In this document: positions 20,410 to 29,309 of the stretch, piece by piece | Layout: each line of letters opens with the position of its first letter | Position numbering within the stretch: the first letter of the stretch is position 1 | The notes under the pieces: model-generated | Databases searched by the model: none | Seen by the model: only the letters and a program-made list of their open reading frames with translations | What the model was told of the DNA's origin: nothing | From: a virus | Taxonomy: Duplodnaviria > Caudoviricetes | DNA: 31,905 bases | Virus record (IMG/VR): IMGVR_UViG_3300030708_002998 | Coordinates: 1 to 31,905 of that record | Reading direction: 5' to 3' (one strand) | Made by a program: the position numbers and the translations under genes

Positions 20410-21170
20410 GTGTTTTTCATGGATCATCTATAGGAGCAGTAGAAGATGCTCTAGAATTAGTTCTTGATGGTAATCAAAATTACATCAATGGACAAGAATG
20501 GATTGCTGCTGGTGGTAGACAAGGAACTAAAGTAGTGATGAGAAATAATCCAACTTATACCCAGTTGGGTACTATTGGATATTGGAGCTTTAATGGAACT
20601 AATCAGTATGGTTACATTACTAATTTAAATTATGGTCCAGGAAGTGATGATGGTGAGTTTCCTAAATTAACTTGCCATGTTTGGTTTAGAACTGATTTCA
20701 ATGCATCTACCAGTTTGTTTGGAAACTGGGCATTCATTGACTTTGACAGATCTGAAGTATTTAATTTTTATCCTATTGGAAATGGTAGATTGGGATTCTC
20801 TGGATATACAGGGAACACTAGTCCTACTTATCTTGATAGATCATCCACTATCTCAAACACCAATAATAACCAATGGAGATTAGGAACCGTAGTTTGGGAT
20901 AACTCTCTGTCTACAGGAACTCTAAAATTCTATATCGATGGCGAACTTGATAGTTCATTCAATCATGCTGGTGCTAATCCATTAGGTAGACCCAGATCTA
21001 GAAGATGGGGTTTTATTGGAGACGGATCTGAAGCATCAGGTGAAAATGGTAGTAGAAATAATTTCTATCTTGATGCTGATATTGCACGAATAGTATTACT
21101 AAAATCAGCACAAACTGCTAATGATGTGAAGGAAGAATACTTAAAGCATAAAGTTCGTTTTGGATTATAA
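20406..21170 (+). CDS. Concanavalin A/LamG-like lectin protein
   Basis: LELVLDG, WSFNGTNQYG, NNQWRLGTVVWD..LKFYIDGEL and C-terminal RFGL. ATGA overlap. Confidence 0.8.
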   Translation: MSVFHGSSIGAVEDALELVLDGNQNYINGQEWIAAGGRQGTKVVMRNNPTYTQLGTIGYWSFNGTNQYGYITNLNYGPGSDDGEFPKLTCHVWFRTDFNASTSLFGNWAFIDFDRSEVFNFYPIGNGRLGFSGYTGNTSPTYLDRSSTISNTNNNQWRLGTVVWDNSLSTGTLKFYIDGELDSSFNHAGANPLGRPRSRRWGFIGDGSEASGENGSRNNFYLDADIARIVLLKSAQTANDVKEEYLKHKVRFGL

Positions 21171-21173
21171 ATA
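21166..21173 (+). promoter_or_regulatory. T4-type late promoter (TATAAATA)
   Basis: Perfect consensus 20 nt upstream of the ATG at 21193, followed by an AGGA RBS. Confidence 0.85.
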
Positions 21174-21192
21174 CTTTTAAAAGCTATAGGAA

Positions 21193-23262
21193 ATGGCAAA
21201 TTCTGATAAGGACATTTTAATAACTCCGAGTAAGAATCAATCGGCACTACCTAGCATCAGTTTTGTAGGTCAGGGTAATGTTCCGATTGATCTTAACGTA
21301 TTGGACAGCAACAACCTGTCCTTTGAGGGAACTGCTGGTCAGTTGTTTAGTATTACAAACAACTTATCATCAGGGAATATTTTCTCAGTTAATGATATTT
21401 CTGGTGTTCCAAGTATTGCGGTCAATGCAAACGGTAGAATTGATATTGCTCGATATAATGGTAATGTAAATATTGGTTCTAACTCTAACGCAACCGATAA
21501 AACATTATGCGTCACTGGAAACATGGCGCTAACCACAAAGGATTCAAATCCTGCAGAAATTCATTTTTATGATGGAGGAACAAATACAGGTAACGGTGTT
21601 CTTAGATTAGGATTTGACGGACCATCCCAATCAGGTAATACTGAATATCTTTTTCTTAAAGACGCCAGTGGCACTGCTCACTGGTCAATGACTCAGGCAG
21701 GTGCGATTGGTATTAGAAACACCAATCCAAGAACTAGATTACATCTGATTGGTGAACATACCACCACTCAATTCAGAATGACTCTTCCTTCTGCTAATAA
21801 TGGCGGTGGTACTGGTGAAATTAATATGCAGATGTGGGTATCTGAGGGTGGAAGAACCTGGGATGCTGGTGGTATTGGTATGAACGTCAGTAATTATAAT
21901 ACTGCATCATATCCATCAAGTTTACCAAACAGTGATAATGGTTATTTTCCCCGCCTTAATAGTAATATAGGATCGGCATACATTAGATTTATTCCTAATG
22001 GTGGTAGAATTGAGTTTTCTACCAGAGAAAATAATGGTACATCATACCGTGAACAAATTCACATGAGGTATGGTTGTATCGGTGTTAACCGAGTACCTCA
22101 AAACTCTACAGATAAAATTTACGTCTATAACGGCGATATTAATATTGAAGGTGGTAAGTATAAACTTAATGGTCAAGAGTTTACAACACTCCCAACACAG
22201 AATGATACTACTAGAGGTGCATACCTTGTATCTGATGGTGGAGACGGAGCTTTCTGGGCGTATCCTGGAAACAATGCAACTTCAGCACCACTGACTGGAT
22301 TTAGATACAGAAGTATCATTACTCATGGATACATCGCAGGTGGATACAAAGGATCTCAACCATGGAGATCTGTAAACAAAACCTGGCACGCAACTGATAC
22401 CACATATTATTGTGGAGAGCAACTTGATAGAGCAGCAGCATATACGGACGGCACTTGGTCCGACTACAATGCTTATGTCCATGGTGTTACAAACTCTTAT
22501 CAGGGTAACTCTTCACAAACATCTAGTTATAACCTCCACACTGGAATCTTAAGAGCACAGGGTGACAGTAGATTCTCTCAATATAACTACGGTTATGAGG
22601 GTGATAATAACAACACTGGTATTGGATATAACGTAACTGGTGGTTGGGCAATGAACGTTGGTAGAAACGACTCAGGTTGTGCTACCAACCAAAAAGGTCA
22701 GGCAGGTTACATCACTGGTGGTGGTAACAGTGCAACTAACAAGTTACACTTCCCAACTGAGATTATGTACACCACTACTAACTCTGGTGATAGTAATGAC
22801 TTCGTTGCTGGTGTTGGTATGGAAAATAAAGCATACTTCTCATGGAGAGGTGGTTCTCAGAAGTACATGAACTTTAGTAATGACTCATTTACTAACCAAA
22901 ACTTTGCTGGTAGTAACAGAGGATGGTGTAAAGCACTTCCATCAAAATATGGTCATTTCTATATTGGTACTTCTAACAACAACACCACTCCAATGAGAAA
23001 GGTAAGAGGTAGTGACGGTGCTGCTCTCAGTAATTTCAACAGAGCACGTCGTTGTGGTGAAGAGAACTGGGAGATGGGTCAAGATTGGGGTTATAAGATG
23101 GGTGACTATAATGGTCAGCAGAATAACCACGTTGAGAAGTGGACATACTCCAATGATGCTATCTCTACTTTAGGTTCTTCTGCAAGACCTAAAGGTCACT
23201 ATGGTCAATCTTCTGCAGCGTGTTCATCTGCTGCCGCTTCCGTAACCGCAACTCGCCCATAA
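21193..23262 (+). CDS. Tail fibre-like protein with C-terminal kelch-like beta-propeller
   Basis: N-terminal LSFEGTAGQLFSITNNL..IFSVNDISG anchor; GIRNTNPRTRLHL shaft repeats; C-terminal ~40-aa repeats (GYIAGG, AYVHG, GYITGG, AYFS, FYIG, GYKMG). Confidence 0.75.
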   Translation: MANSDKDILITPSKNQSALPSISFVGQGNVPIDLNVLDSNNLSFEGTAGQLFSITNNLSSGNIFSVNDISGVPSIAVNANGRIDIARYNGNVNIGSNSNATDKTLCVTGNMALTTKDSNPAEIHFYDGGTNTGNGVLRLGFDGPSQSGNTEYLFLKDASGTAHWSMTQAGAIGIRNTNPRTRLHLIGEHTTTQFRMTLPSANNGGGTGEINMQMWVSEGGRTWDAGGIGMNVSNYNTASYPSSLPNSDNGYFPRLNSNIGSAYIRFIPNGGRIEFSTRENNGTSYREQIHMRYGCIGVNRVPQNSTDKIYVYNGDINIEGGKYKLNGQEFTTLPTQNDTTRGAYLVSDGGDGAFWAYPGNNATSAPLTGFRYRSIITHGYIAGGYKGSQPWRSVNKTWHATDTTYYCGEQLDRAAAYTDGTWSDYNAYVHGVTNSYQGNSSQTSSYNLHTGILRAQGDSRFSQYNYGYEGDNNNTGIGYNVTGGWAMNVGRNDSGCATNQKGQAGYITGGGNSATNKLHFPTEIMYTTTNSGDSNDFVAGVGMENKAYFSWRGGSQKYMNFSNDSFTNQNFAGSNRGWCKALPSKYGHFYIGTSNNNTTPMRKVRGSDGAALSNFNRARRCGEENWEMGQDWGYKMGDYNGQQNNHVEKWTYSNDAISTLGSSARPKGHYGQSSAACSSAAASVTATRP

Positions 23263-23266
23263 TCCA

Positions 23267-24049
23267 ATGAAGTATTTAATTTTAAAAACATCTCTGTATA
23301 AGCCAGAGCAACTTATGGAAGACGGTATGGATGACCGTCTTCATTTCAAAGAATTGTATGAACTTCAGAATCTCTCATGTGTAGAGATTTCTGAAACCAT
23401 GTTTGGTGTTCTCCACAAAGAATGGGAAGGAAAATTTAAAGAAATTGATAAAGATCAAGCAGAATGGGGTTCATGTTTGTTCTCAGAACTTAGAGATGTT
23501 GCTAAGGTTTGGGAAGCAGATCCTCTTTCTGGATACGAAGACAAGACACCAATTGAAGTCACTCCTGAAATTAAAGCACATGTAGTTAAGTTTATGACTA
23601 CTTTTGCTTTAGAATTGATTGATGATGAGTATGAAAAGAGATTTCTTTCTATGAGAGATGCTACTATGCTTGAAGTAGAATCATGGTCTATTCAAAAACA
23701 TGAAGCAAAAGAATGGTTGACATATGGAGATGCTGAAGGGCATGAAACTCCATTCTTAGATTACCTTGCAGAGAAAGAAGAGAAGGATAAAACTGAATTG
23801 TCTAAAAAGATTCTTGCAAAAGCAGAGTCATTCCAAGATAAACTTTCTTCTATGTTAGTCGATATGCACAAATTGAAGAGAAAGTTCAAAAGTGCCTCTA
23901 CTATTTGGGACCTAAATATTTTATATGAGGACTACCTCGGTGTGCTTATGCCAAGTAACCAAGCAGTAGAACTTGAAAGAACAGTGTCTGAAGACGATTG
24001 GACACGCAAACCAGAGTATGAGGTAAATGCAAATGAGTACAACTTCTGA
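23267..24049 (+). CDS. Putative tail fibre assembly chaperone
   Basis: Acidic helical 260-aa protein directly after a fibre. ExxSWxxQxxEAxxW..TPFLDxLA...LxxKILxKA resembles phage fibre-assembly chaperones. Confidence 0.55.
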   Translation: MKYLILKTSLYKPEQLMEDGMDDRLHFKELYELQNLSCVEISETMFGVLHKEWEGKFKEIDKDQAEWGSCLFSELRDVAKVWEADPLSGYEDKTPIEVTPEIKAHVVKFMTTFALELIDDEYEKRFLSMRDATMLEVESWSIQKHEAKEWLTYGDAEGHETPFLDYLAEKEEKDKTELSKKILAKAESFQDKLSSMLVDMHKLKRKFKSASTIWDLNILYEDYLGVLMPSNQAVELERTVSEDDWTRKPEYEVNANEYNF

Positions 24050-24824
24050 ATATCTTTATGACGAATCTAACATCGTAAACTCTGATGTTAAAGGAATCAA
24101 ACTTAGTGAAGAATTTATCAAAGAATTTAATATAACTAATTTAGATTGGAAACTTCTTGAGAGTTCATTGCATATGAACTCAAATATGACTGACTATCAG
24201 TGTAGGCATTTTGTTACCGATACTCAATTGACTCCATGGAGATCTGTAAGGCAAGCACTGTTAGAACTAGAAACTAGATACCATTCTTATGTCGAGATCA
24301 AACATAGTTTGAGAAAGGCAGAGATTCAAAAGAAGATGGTAGATAGAGATTATGAAAAAGAAGAAGACGATCTCGCAAAAGAGTTGATTGCTTGTGAAGC
24401 AAGTAAACTTGATTATGATATCACTATCTGGAGAAGAAAGTATAAGCAATCTCAACAAGAGATGGATACTTTCTTGAAAATTATTAAAGATTTTATCAAG
24501 GACGAGTCAGAAATTTCTTTCTATACTACATCGAATGAAGATGAAGAAAGAAAGTATTGGATCGCTCGCATGGGTAAACAGGCAGCGATGGACATCATTG
24601 CTTATGGTAGAATTGGAGCTGGTAACATGGATTCTATTTCTCTAATGCCAGAAGAAGATCAAGTAAAGACCCTACAGATTGCAGTCAGGTATTCTCATAT
24701 GGTCCAAGGTGGTCTTGAGAATATTCAGCATAAACTCCAACCAGAGTTCCAAAAATTCTTAAATAATAATGGAGTAGTTGCACACAAAATTCTTCCCGAG
24801 GAGTACAAGACCGATGGCGTATAG
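24027..24824 (+). CDS. Coiled-coil hypothetical protein
   Basis: 265 aa with a heptad-like charged central region. Overlaps both neighbours. Confidence 0.7.
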   Translation: MQMSTTSEYLYDESNIVNSDVKGIKLSEEFIKEFNITNLDWKLLESSLHMNSNMTDYQCRHFVTDTQLTPWRSVRQALLELETRYHSYVEIKHSLRKAEIQKKMVDRDYEKEEDDLAKELIACEASKLDYDITIWRRKYKQSQQEMDTFLKIIKDFIKDESEISFYTTSNEDEERKYWIARMGKQAAMDIIAYGRIGAGNMDSISLMPEEDQVKTLQIAVRYSHMVQGGLENIQHKLQPEFQKFLNNNGVVAHKILPEEYKTDGV

Positions 24825-25032
24825 ATGGCAGATTAACGCACAAATCATCCATTATGATATTGCTACTAAGCATGAACTTGACATGGATGATGTCAATATT
24901 GAAAAGTTACTAGAGCTCTGCGAAAAGCATAAGGATGTAATCGAAGAGCAACACGAACAAGCATTTATGAACGTTGTTATTGCTGAGTATGAACAAGATT
25001 TTCTCCCTTCCAATCAATCCGAAGCTGAATGA
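24814..25032 (+). CDS. Small acidic hypothetical protein (72 aa, MAYRWQINAQ...)
   Basis: GAGGAG RBS at 24798-24803 before the ATG at 24814. Fills the gap between two genes. Confidence 0.6.
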   Translation: MAYRWQINAQIIHYDIATKHELDMDDVNIEKLLELCEKHKDVIEEQHEQAFMNVVIAEYEQDFLPSNQSEAE

Positions 25033-26677
25033 AGACACTGTAAATAATGAATTTATTCCTTGGTTGAAAGAACATAAGGAATATATTTTTGATTTATACT
25101 TCACATGCCGTATGCCCCCATTCCTTCAGGATGCTATGGGGGACACTTTTAAAAGTGATATAAGAGAAACTACTATTAATGCTCTGTATATCTCAGAGCA
25201 AACAGGCATTCCATTGTCTGCAACATTTAATAATTTGTATGTTCTCCCAACACAGAAGAATTTAGATATTTGGATTGACAACTTCTATCCCCTGTATAAT
25301 AGTGGGGTACGTATTGTCACGCTACCACATACTACATGGATGCTTACTGGTCAGATCCAGAGAGCATTCCCAGATCTCTATGTCAAGAATACTATCCTTA
25401 GGGAAGTTACTAGAGCAAACGAGATTGTAGAATTAGCAAAGGCAGGTTTCAACTATATTAATCTTGATAGAGATCTTATGAGAGATCAAAATCAATTGAA
25501 GCGATTGAAAGAAGCAAAAGAATACTGTGAGAAAATTAAGAAACCTGTAAAGTTCTCAATGCTTTCTAATGAGGGATGTTGGGGCAACTGCCCTATCATG
25601 CCAGAACATTATCAATACAATAGCAATAGAACCCCAGATAATCCTCAATATTTCAATGATTCTATTAGTAGAGTGTCCTGTTCAAAATGGGACATAGAGC
25701 AACCTTCTGCAGCATTGAAGGCAGCAAATCTTCCACCTTGGAAAGAAGATTGGGTAGAGATGCTTGATCTTGGTATTGATGTTTTTAAAATGCATGGCAG
25801 AGAAAATGCTGTGCGTTTAAAAGAATCTATGGATATCATTGAACGTTGGGTAAATGATGAAGAACTTCTATTCCCAGAGTTTAACGAATACATTGAAGAT
25901 ACATCAATGGCAGAGAAACCAATTGATGTTTGGAGAGAGAAGATTAAAACCTGCAAGTTTGATTGTTGGGACTGTCACTATTGTGAGGATGTAACTAAGG
26001 CAAGAATTGCAAAGGAAGAGAGAGAATTAGATCCTTACGTTGAGAGAGTCCTTGACTCAATTGACAAAGCAGGTAAGTTTGAAAGTGGATTTGATGCTGA
26101 GCACTATTTTATTGGTGGACTTAGTTCGCATAGAGTTCGACACCTCCTCAATAACTTACTCTCAACAGCACCAGCAATCTATTTGGAATTAGGTTGTTAT
26201 ACTGGTAGTACATTCTATGCTGCTACACAAAACAATTCTGTAGTTGCATACGCTGTTGATAATTACTCTCAAACAGATATTAAACCACTGCGAGATGACA
26301 TTACAGTACCTCAACCAAAAAATCCAAGATTAGATTTCCTAGCAAACTTCTACAATCCAAAGTGGAGGTATATTGATAAAGACATTAAGGAACTTAATGG
26401 TCATGAGATTGAATTAAAACCTAATGTTATATTCTATGATGCAAGTCATGAGTATTATGACCAGTTAGAAAATCTGACTGCAGTGCTACCGTTACTTGCA
26501 GATAAGTTTATCTTAGTTTTGGATGACGCTAACTTTGAAGGTGTGGTAAAATCTGCAGATGATTTTGTAACACAAAACAATCTAAAACAAATCTTCTCTA
26601 GGTTGATTCTAACTACTACAGTAGAGGATGAAAGAGATTGGTGGAATGGTGTTTATATATTGGTACTAGAAAAATGA
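24989..26677 (+). CDS. U32-family (Fe-S hydroxylase-like) domain fused to a class I SAM-dependent methyltransferase
   Basis: INLDRDLMRD, NEGCWGNCP, SC, GIDVFKMHGRE (cf. U32 KIEGR) and CKFDCWDCHYC, then YLELGCYTGST, IFYDASH and LVLDDAN (Methyltransf_24-like). ATG at 24989 chosen over TTG at 24974. Confidence 0.75.
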   Translation: MNKIFSLPINPKLNEDTVNNEFIPWLKEHKEYIFDLYFTCRMPPFLQDAMGDTFKSDIRETTINALYISEQTGIPLSATFNNLYVLPTQKNLDIWIDNFYPLYNSGVRIVTLPHTTWMLTGQIQRAFPDLYVKNTILREVTRANEIVELAKAGFNYINLDRDLMRDQNQLKRLKEAKEYCEKIKKPVKFSMLSNEGCWGNCPIMPEHYQYNSNRTPDNPQYFNDSISRVSCSKWDIEQPSAALKAANLPPWKEDWVEMLDLGIDVFKMHGRENAVRLKESMDIIERWVNDEELLFPEFNEYIEDTSMAEKPIDVWREKIKTCKFDCWDCHYCEDVTKARIAKEERELDPYVERVLDSIDKAGKFESGFDAEHYFIGGLSSHRVRHLLNNLLSTAPAIYLELGCYTGSTFYAATQNNSVVAYAVDNYSQTDIKPLRDDITVPQPKNPRLDFLANFYNPKWRYIDKDIKELNGHEIELKPNVIFYDASHEYYDQLENLTAVLPLLADKFILVLDDANFEGVVKSADDFVTQNNLKQIFSRLILTTTVEDERDWWNGVYILVLEK

Positions 26678-27249
26678 CTACATTTGTTGAAGAATATCAA
26701 TTAGAAGATACTACTCTATGCGATGCCCTCTTAGATATGTTCTGGAAGGCAGATGAGAAAGGTCTCACATATAGAGGAAAATCTGGTCCTGGAAAAGTAC
26801 AGGAGAAAGTAAAAAAGAGTACAGATTTTTGGATCAAAGATGCTGAGATGTTAGGTCCACCTGAAATGTTTAGGTGGCATGAATACCAATTAGAATTGAA
26901 TAAGTTTATCGCTGAATATATGGAGAAGTATCTCTTCAATGAATATGGTGGTACTTTCAATGCTAAACAGTTACCACAGATACAGTGGTATAAACCAGGT
27001 GAGGGTTATTATGAATGGCACATTGATGGAGCACAGTCCGTAGCATGTGAACGTGCTATGGTGTATATGACGTATCTTAACGATGTGGATGACGGTGGTG
27101 GTACAATGTTCTATCATCAGGACTTGACAGTCAAACCCAAGAAAGGTAAGACAGTCATTTTCCCTGCAGCATATACTCACTTACACAAAGGAGAAATCTC
27201 CGAAACACAAGACAAATTTATCCTAACAGGTTGGTTATGGTGGAACTAA
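26674..27249 (+). CDS. 2OG-Fe(II) oxygenase (prolyl-4-hydroxylase-like)
   Basis: QIQWYKPGEGY..WHID (HxD), MTYLNDV..GGGT, FPAAYTHLHKG, KFILTGW. ATGA overlap at 26674-26677. Confidence 0.9.
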   Translation: MTTFVEEYQLEDTTLCDALLDMFWKADEKGLTYRGKSGPGKVQEKVKKSTDFWIKDAEMLGPPEMFRWHEYQLELNKFIAEYMEKYLFNEYGGTFNAKQLPQIQWYKPGEGYYEWHIDGAQSVACERAMVYMTYLNDVDDGGGTMFYHQDLTVKPKKGKTVIFPAAYTHLHKGEISETQDKFILTGWLWWN

Positions 27250-27890
27250 TTGATCCTAAAATTTTTGAAAACAACTTAAGTAAAAGTCGTATCAAAGAAA
27301 TTAGAATAGGTAATTCTAATTCAAAACTTATTATCATTGATGATTTTTTTGTTCATCCTGAAAAGGTAAGAGAGTATGCACTCTCTGCAAAATATGCAAA
27401 AGAATCAAGTGCTCATGATAATCCAGGATATATTTCTAGATTTCCTTCAGATCCTGGGCAGTTTTTACATACTTGTGGGTATTTAAAAGAAGTTCATTTT
27501 CATGATTATAGATTACATACTATTGATTTAACTCCCACATATGCATTTCAATGTTATGATAATATTCCAACAATGCCACCACACATTGATGATGTAAACT
27601 ATGCTGGTTTAGTTCCACTGAATACTGACGAAGAGTTGTCTGAATTTTCTGGTACTGCATTCTTTAGACATAGGGGAACTGGTCAAGAATTTACTTGCAC
27701 TAATTCTTATAGAGCAGAAGAATGTTTGAATAAATGGGACATGTCTTTGTGGGATAGGTATCATGTTCAGTATCACAAGTTCAATCAATTCATATTTTAT
27801 GAATCATGTATGTTCCATTCAGCATATTGGGATCAAGAACGTTGGTCGGTTGATACACCACGCTTGACATTCAACACCTTTACATGGTAG
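27237..27890 (+). CDS. Second 2OG-Fe(II) oxygenase-like protein (DUF6445-like)
   Basis: IIIDDFF..PEKVREYA, PPHID (HxD), GTAFFRH, FNQFIFY...FHSA (distal His), RLT (2OG-binding Arg). Confidence 0.75.
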   Translation: MVELIDPKIFENNLSKSRIKEIRIGNSNSKLIIIDDFFVHPEKVREYALSAKYAKESSAHDNPGYISRFPSDPGQFLHTCGYLKEVHFHDYRLHTIDLTPTYAFQCYDNIPTMPPHIDDVNYAGLVPLNTDEELSEFSGTAFFRHRGTGQEFTCTNSYRAEECLNKWDMSLWDRYHVQYHKFNQFIFYESCMFHSAYWDQERWSVDTPRLTFNTFTW

Positions 27891-27898
27891 TATAAATA
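27891..27898 (+). promoter_or_regulatory. T4-type late promoter (TATAAATA)
   Basis: Perfect consensus right after the stop codon. GGAG RBS and ATG at 27930 follow. Confidence 0.85.
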
Positions 27899-27929
27899 CT
27901 ATGTCTGACACTTTTTATTACGGAGACAA

Positions 27930-28127
27930 ATGACTACAGCAGAAATGGCAGCAGATTTTAAGAAGCAACTGGAAGCAGTTGTTGAAAAAATCAAAGAACT
28001 GGACACAGAAATCAATACTAAGAAAGAAGAATATTTTAAACTTCTCGGTGCAGTACAAGCACTGGAACTTGCAGAAAAAGGAGTCCCTGATGCACCTGAA
28101 GCAGAGACCCCTGTTGAAGCAGAATGA
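27930..28127 (+). CDS. Small coiled-coil protein (65 aa)
   Basis: RBS and late promoter upstream. Heptad pattern ending in KLLGAVQALE. Confidence 0.75.
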   Translation: MTTAEMAADFKKQLEAVVEKIKELDTEINTKKEEYFKLLGAVQALELAEKGVPDAPEAETPVEAE

Positions 28128-28477
28128 TCAAAAAATTAATTGGTAAGTATGTCTCTCTGGCAAAACGTATTCCAGAGAGACATTATTGGCCACTGTTTAT
28201 TATTCTGTCTTTGTACTTTGTAATTCCATACAGTGAGTTTGTAGTTACTCTCGGTGCTCTTGGTTATTTCAAGTTTGAAAAGGCATACCGTAGGTTTTTC
28301 GCAAAAGTTATCTCTCCCCTACCTGATATAATTAAGTATGGTGGATCGGTTATCTTCTTTCTCGTAATGCTAGATGACACTCTTTTCTATGCTGCTATTA
28401 TTCTTGCAGCATTGTGGACTGGGAGAGAAGTCAAAAAACAATCTAAAGAACTCCAAGGTGAGTCCTCTGCTAAATAA
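28124..28477 (+). CDS. Small membrane protein (117 aa)
   Basis: Several hydrophobic segments with basic termini. ATGA overlap. Confidence 0.65.
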   Translation: MIKKLIGKYVSLAKRIPERHYWPLFIILSLYFVIPYSEFVVTLGALGYFKFEKAYRRFFAKVISPLPDIIKYGGSVIFFLVMLDDTLFYAAIILAALWTGREVKKQSKELQGESSAK

Positions 28478-28494
28478 AGTAGAGGACTTTTTTT
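28461..28494 (+). terminator. Rho-independent terminator overlapping a late promoter-like CTAAATA
   Basis: Stem AGTCCTCTGCT/AGTAGAGGACT (11 bp, one G-U), loop AAATAA, then a T run. Confidence 0.8.
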
Positions 28495-28504
28495 ATGCGT
28501 ATAA

Positions 28505-29308
28505 ATGGCGCAACCTACAAGTAGAGCAGAACTAAAGGACTACTGTCTGAGAAGATTAGGTAGACCTATTCTGGAAATTAACGTTGATGATGATCAGATT
28601 GACGATCTAATTGATGACGCTATTCAGATGTTTAATGAGCGTCATTATAATGGCACTGAGAGAATGTTCCTGAAACATCAGTTTACTGCTGATGATAAAA
28701 CACGTTTTACAGGAAGTGATGAGACCCTTAGTGTTGGGTCTACTGATTGGTTGGCAAGAAATAATTACATTCCTATCCCAGGTCATATTACTGGAATCAA
28801 TAAAGTATTTGGTATTAAGGGTAGTAATATTAGAAGTAATTTATTTGGATTAGAATATCAACTGTTTCTTAATGACTTATATCAGTTTGGATCAGTTGAT
28901 ATCTTAAGTTACTATATGGTTAAGTCATATCTAGAAACACTAGATATGGTGTTAAACAATGGTAGTTTTATTCCTTTCAGATTTAATCAACGTCAGGATC
29001 GTTTGTATATTGATACTGATAGTGATTTTGTAGAAGAAGGTACATATGTTATTATCGACTGTTGGAGAGTTTTAGATCCAACGGACTACACTCAAGTATA
29101 TAATGATCCATTCTTAAAGAGATATACAACTGCTTTAATTAAAAGGCAGTGGGGACAAAATCTAATTAAATTCCAAGGTGCTCAACTTCCTGGTGGTATC
29201 ACCTTAAATGGAAGACAAATTTATGATGATGCAGTTGCTGAAATTCAAGCAATTGAAGATGAAATGGCATCTAGATACGAACTTCCACCAATGGATATGA
29301 TCGGATAA
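28505..29308 (+). CDS. g13: Neck protein gp13
   Basis: LKDYCLRRLGRPILEINVDDDQIDD, KRQWGQNLIKF, LPGGITLNG. Confidence 0.95.
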   Translation: MAQPTSRAELKDYCLRRLGRPILEINVDDDQIDDLIDDAIQMFNERHYNGTERMFLKHQFTADDKTRFTGSDETLSVGSTDWLARNNYIPIPGHITGINKVFGIKGSNIRSNLFGLEYQLFLNDLYQFGSVDILSYYMVKSYLETLDMVLNNGSFIPFRFNQRQDRLYIDTDSDFVEEGTYVIIDCWRVLDPTDYTQVYNDPFLKRYTTALIKRQWGQNLIKFQGAQLPGGITLNGRQIYDDAVAEIQAIEDEMASRYELPPMDMIG

Positions 29309-29309
29309 G

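Noticed and set aside
8349-23262. Diversity-generating retroelement or invertible fibre cassette
   Set aside because: No reverse transcriptase or invertase is present, and I saw no near-identical template/variable repeat pair or inverted sites. The repeats are degenerate and protein-level.
22360-24249. Exact 16-nt direct repeat CCATGGAGATCTGTAA at 22360-22375 and 24234-24249, both encoding PWRSV
   Set aside because: One 16-mer match in 32 kb of biased sequence is plausible by chance. The flanks do not extend and no recombinase is nearby.
24989-26000. Collagenase/protease activity for the U32 domain
   Set aside because: The family name is historical. The Cys motifs fit Fe-S hydroxylation factors better.
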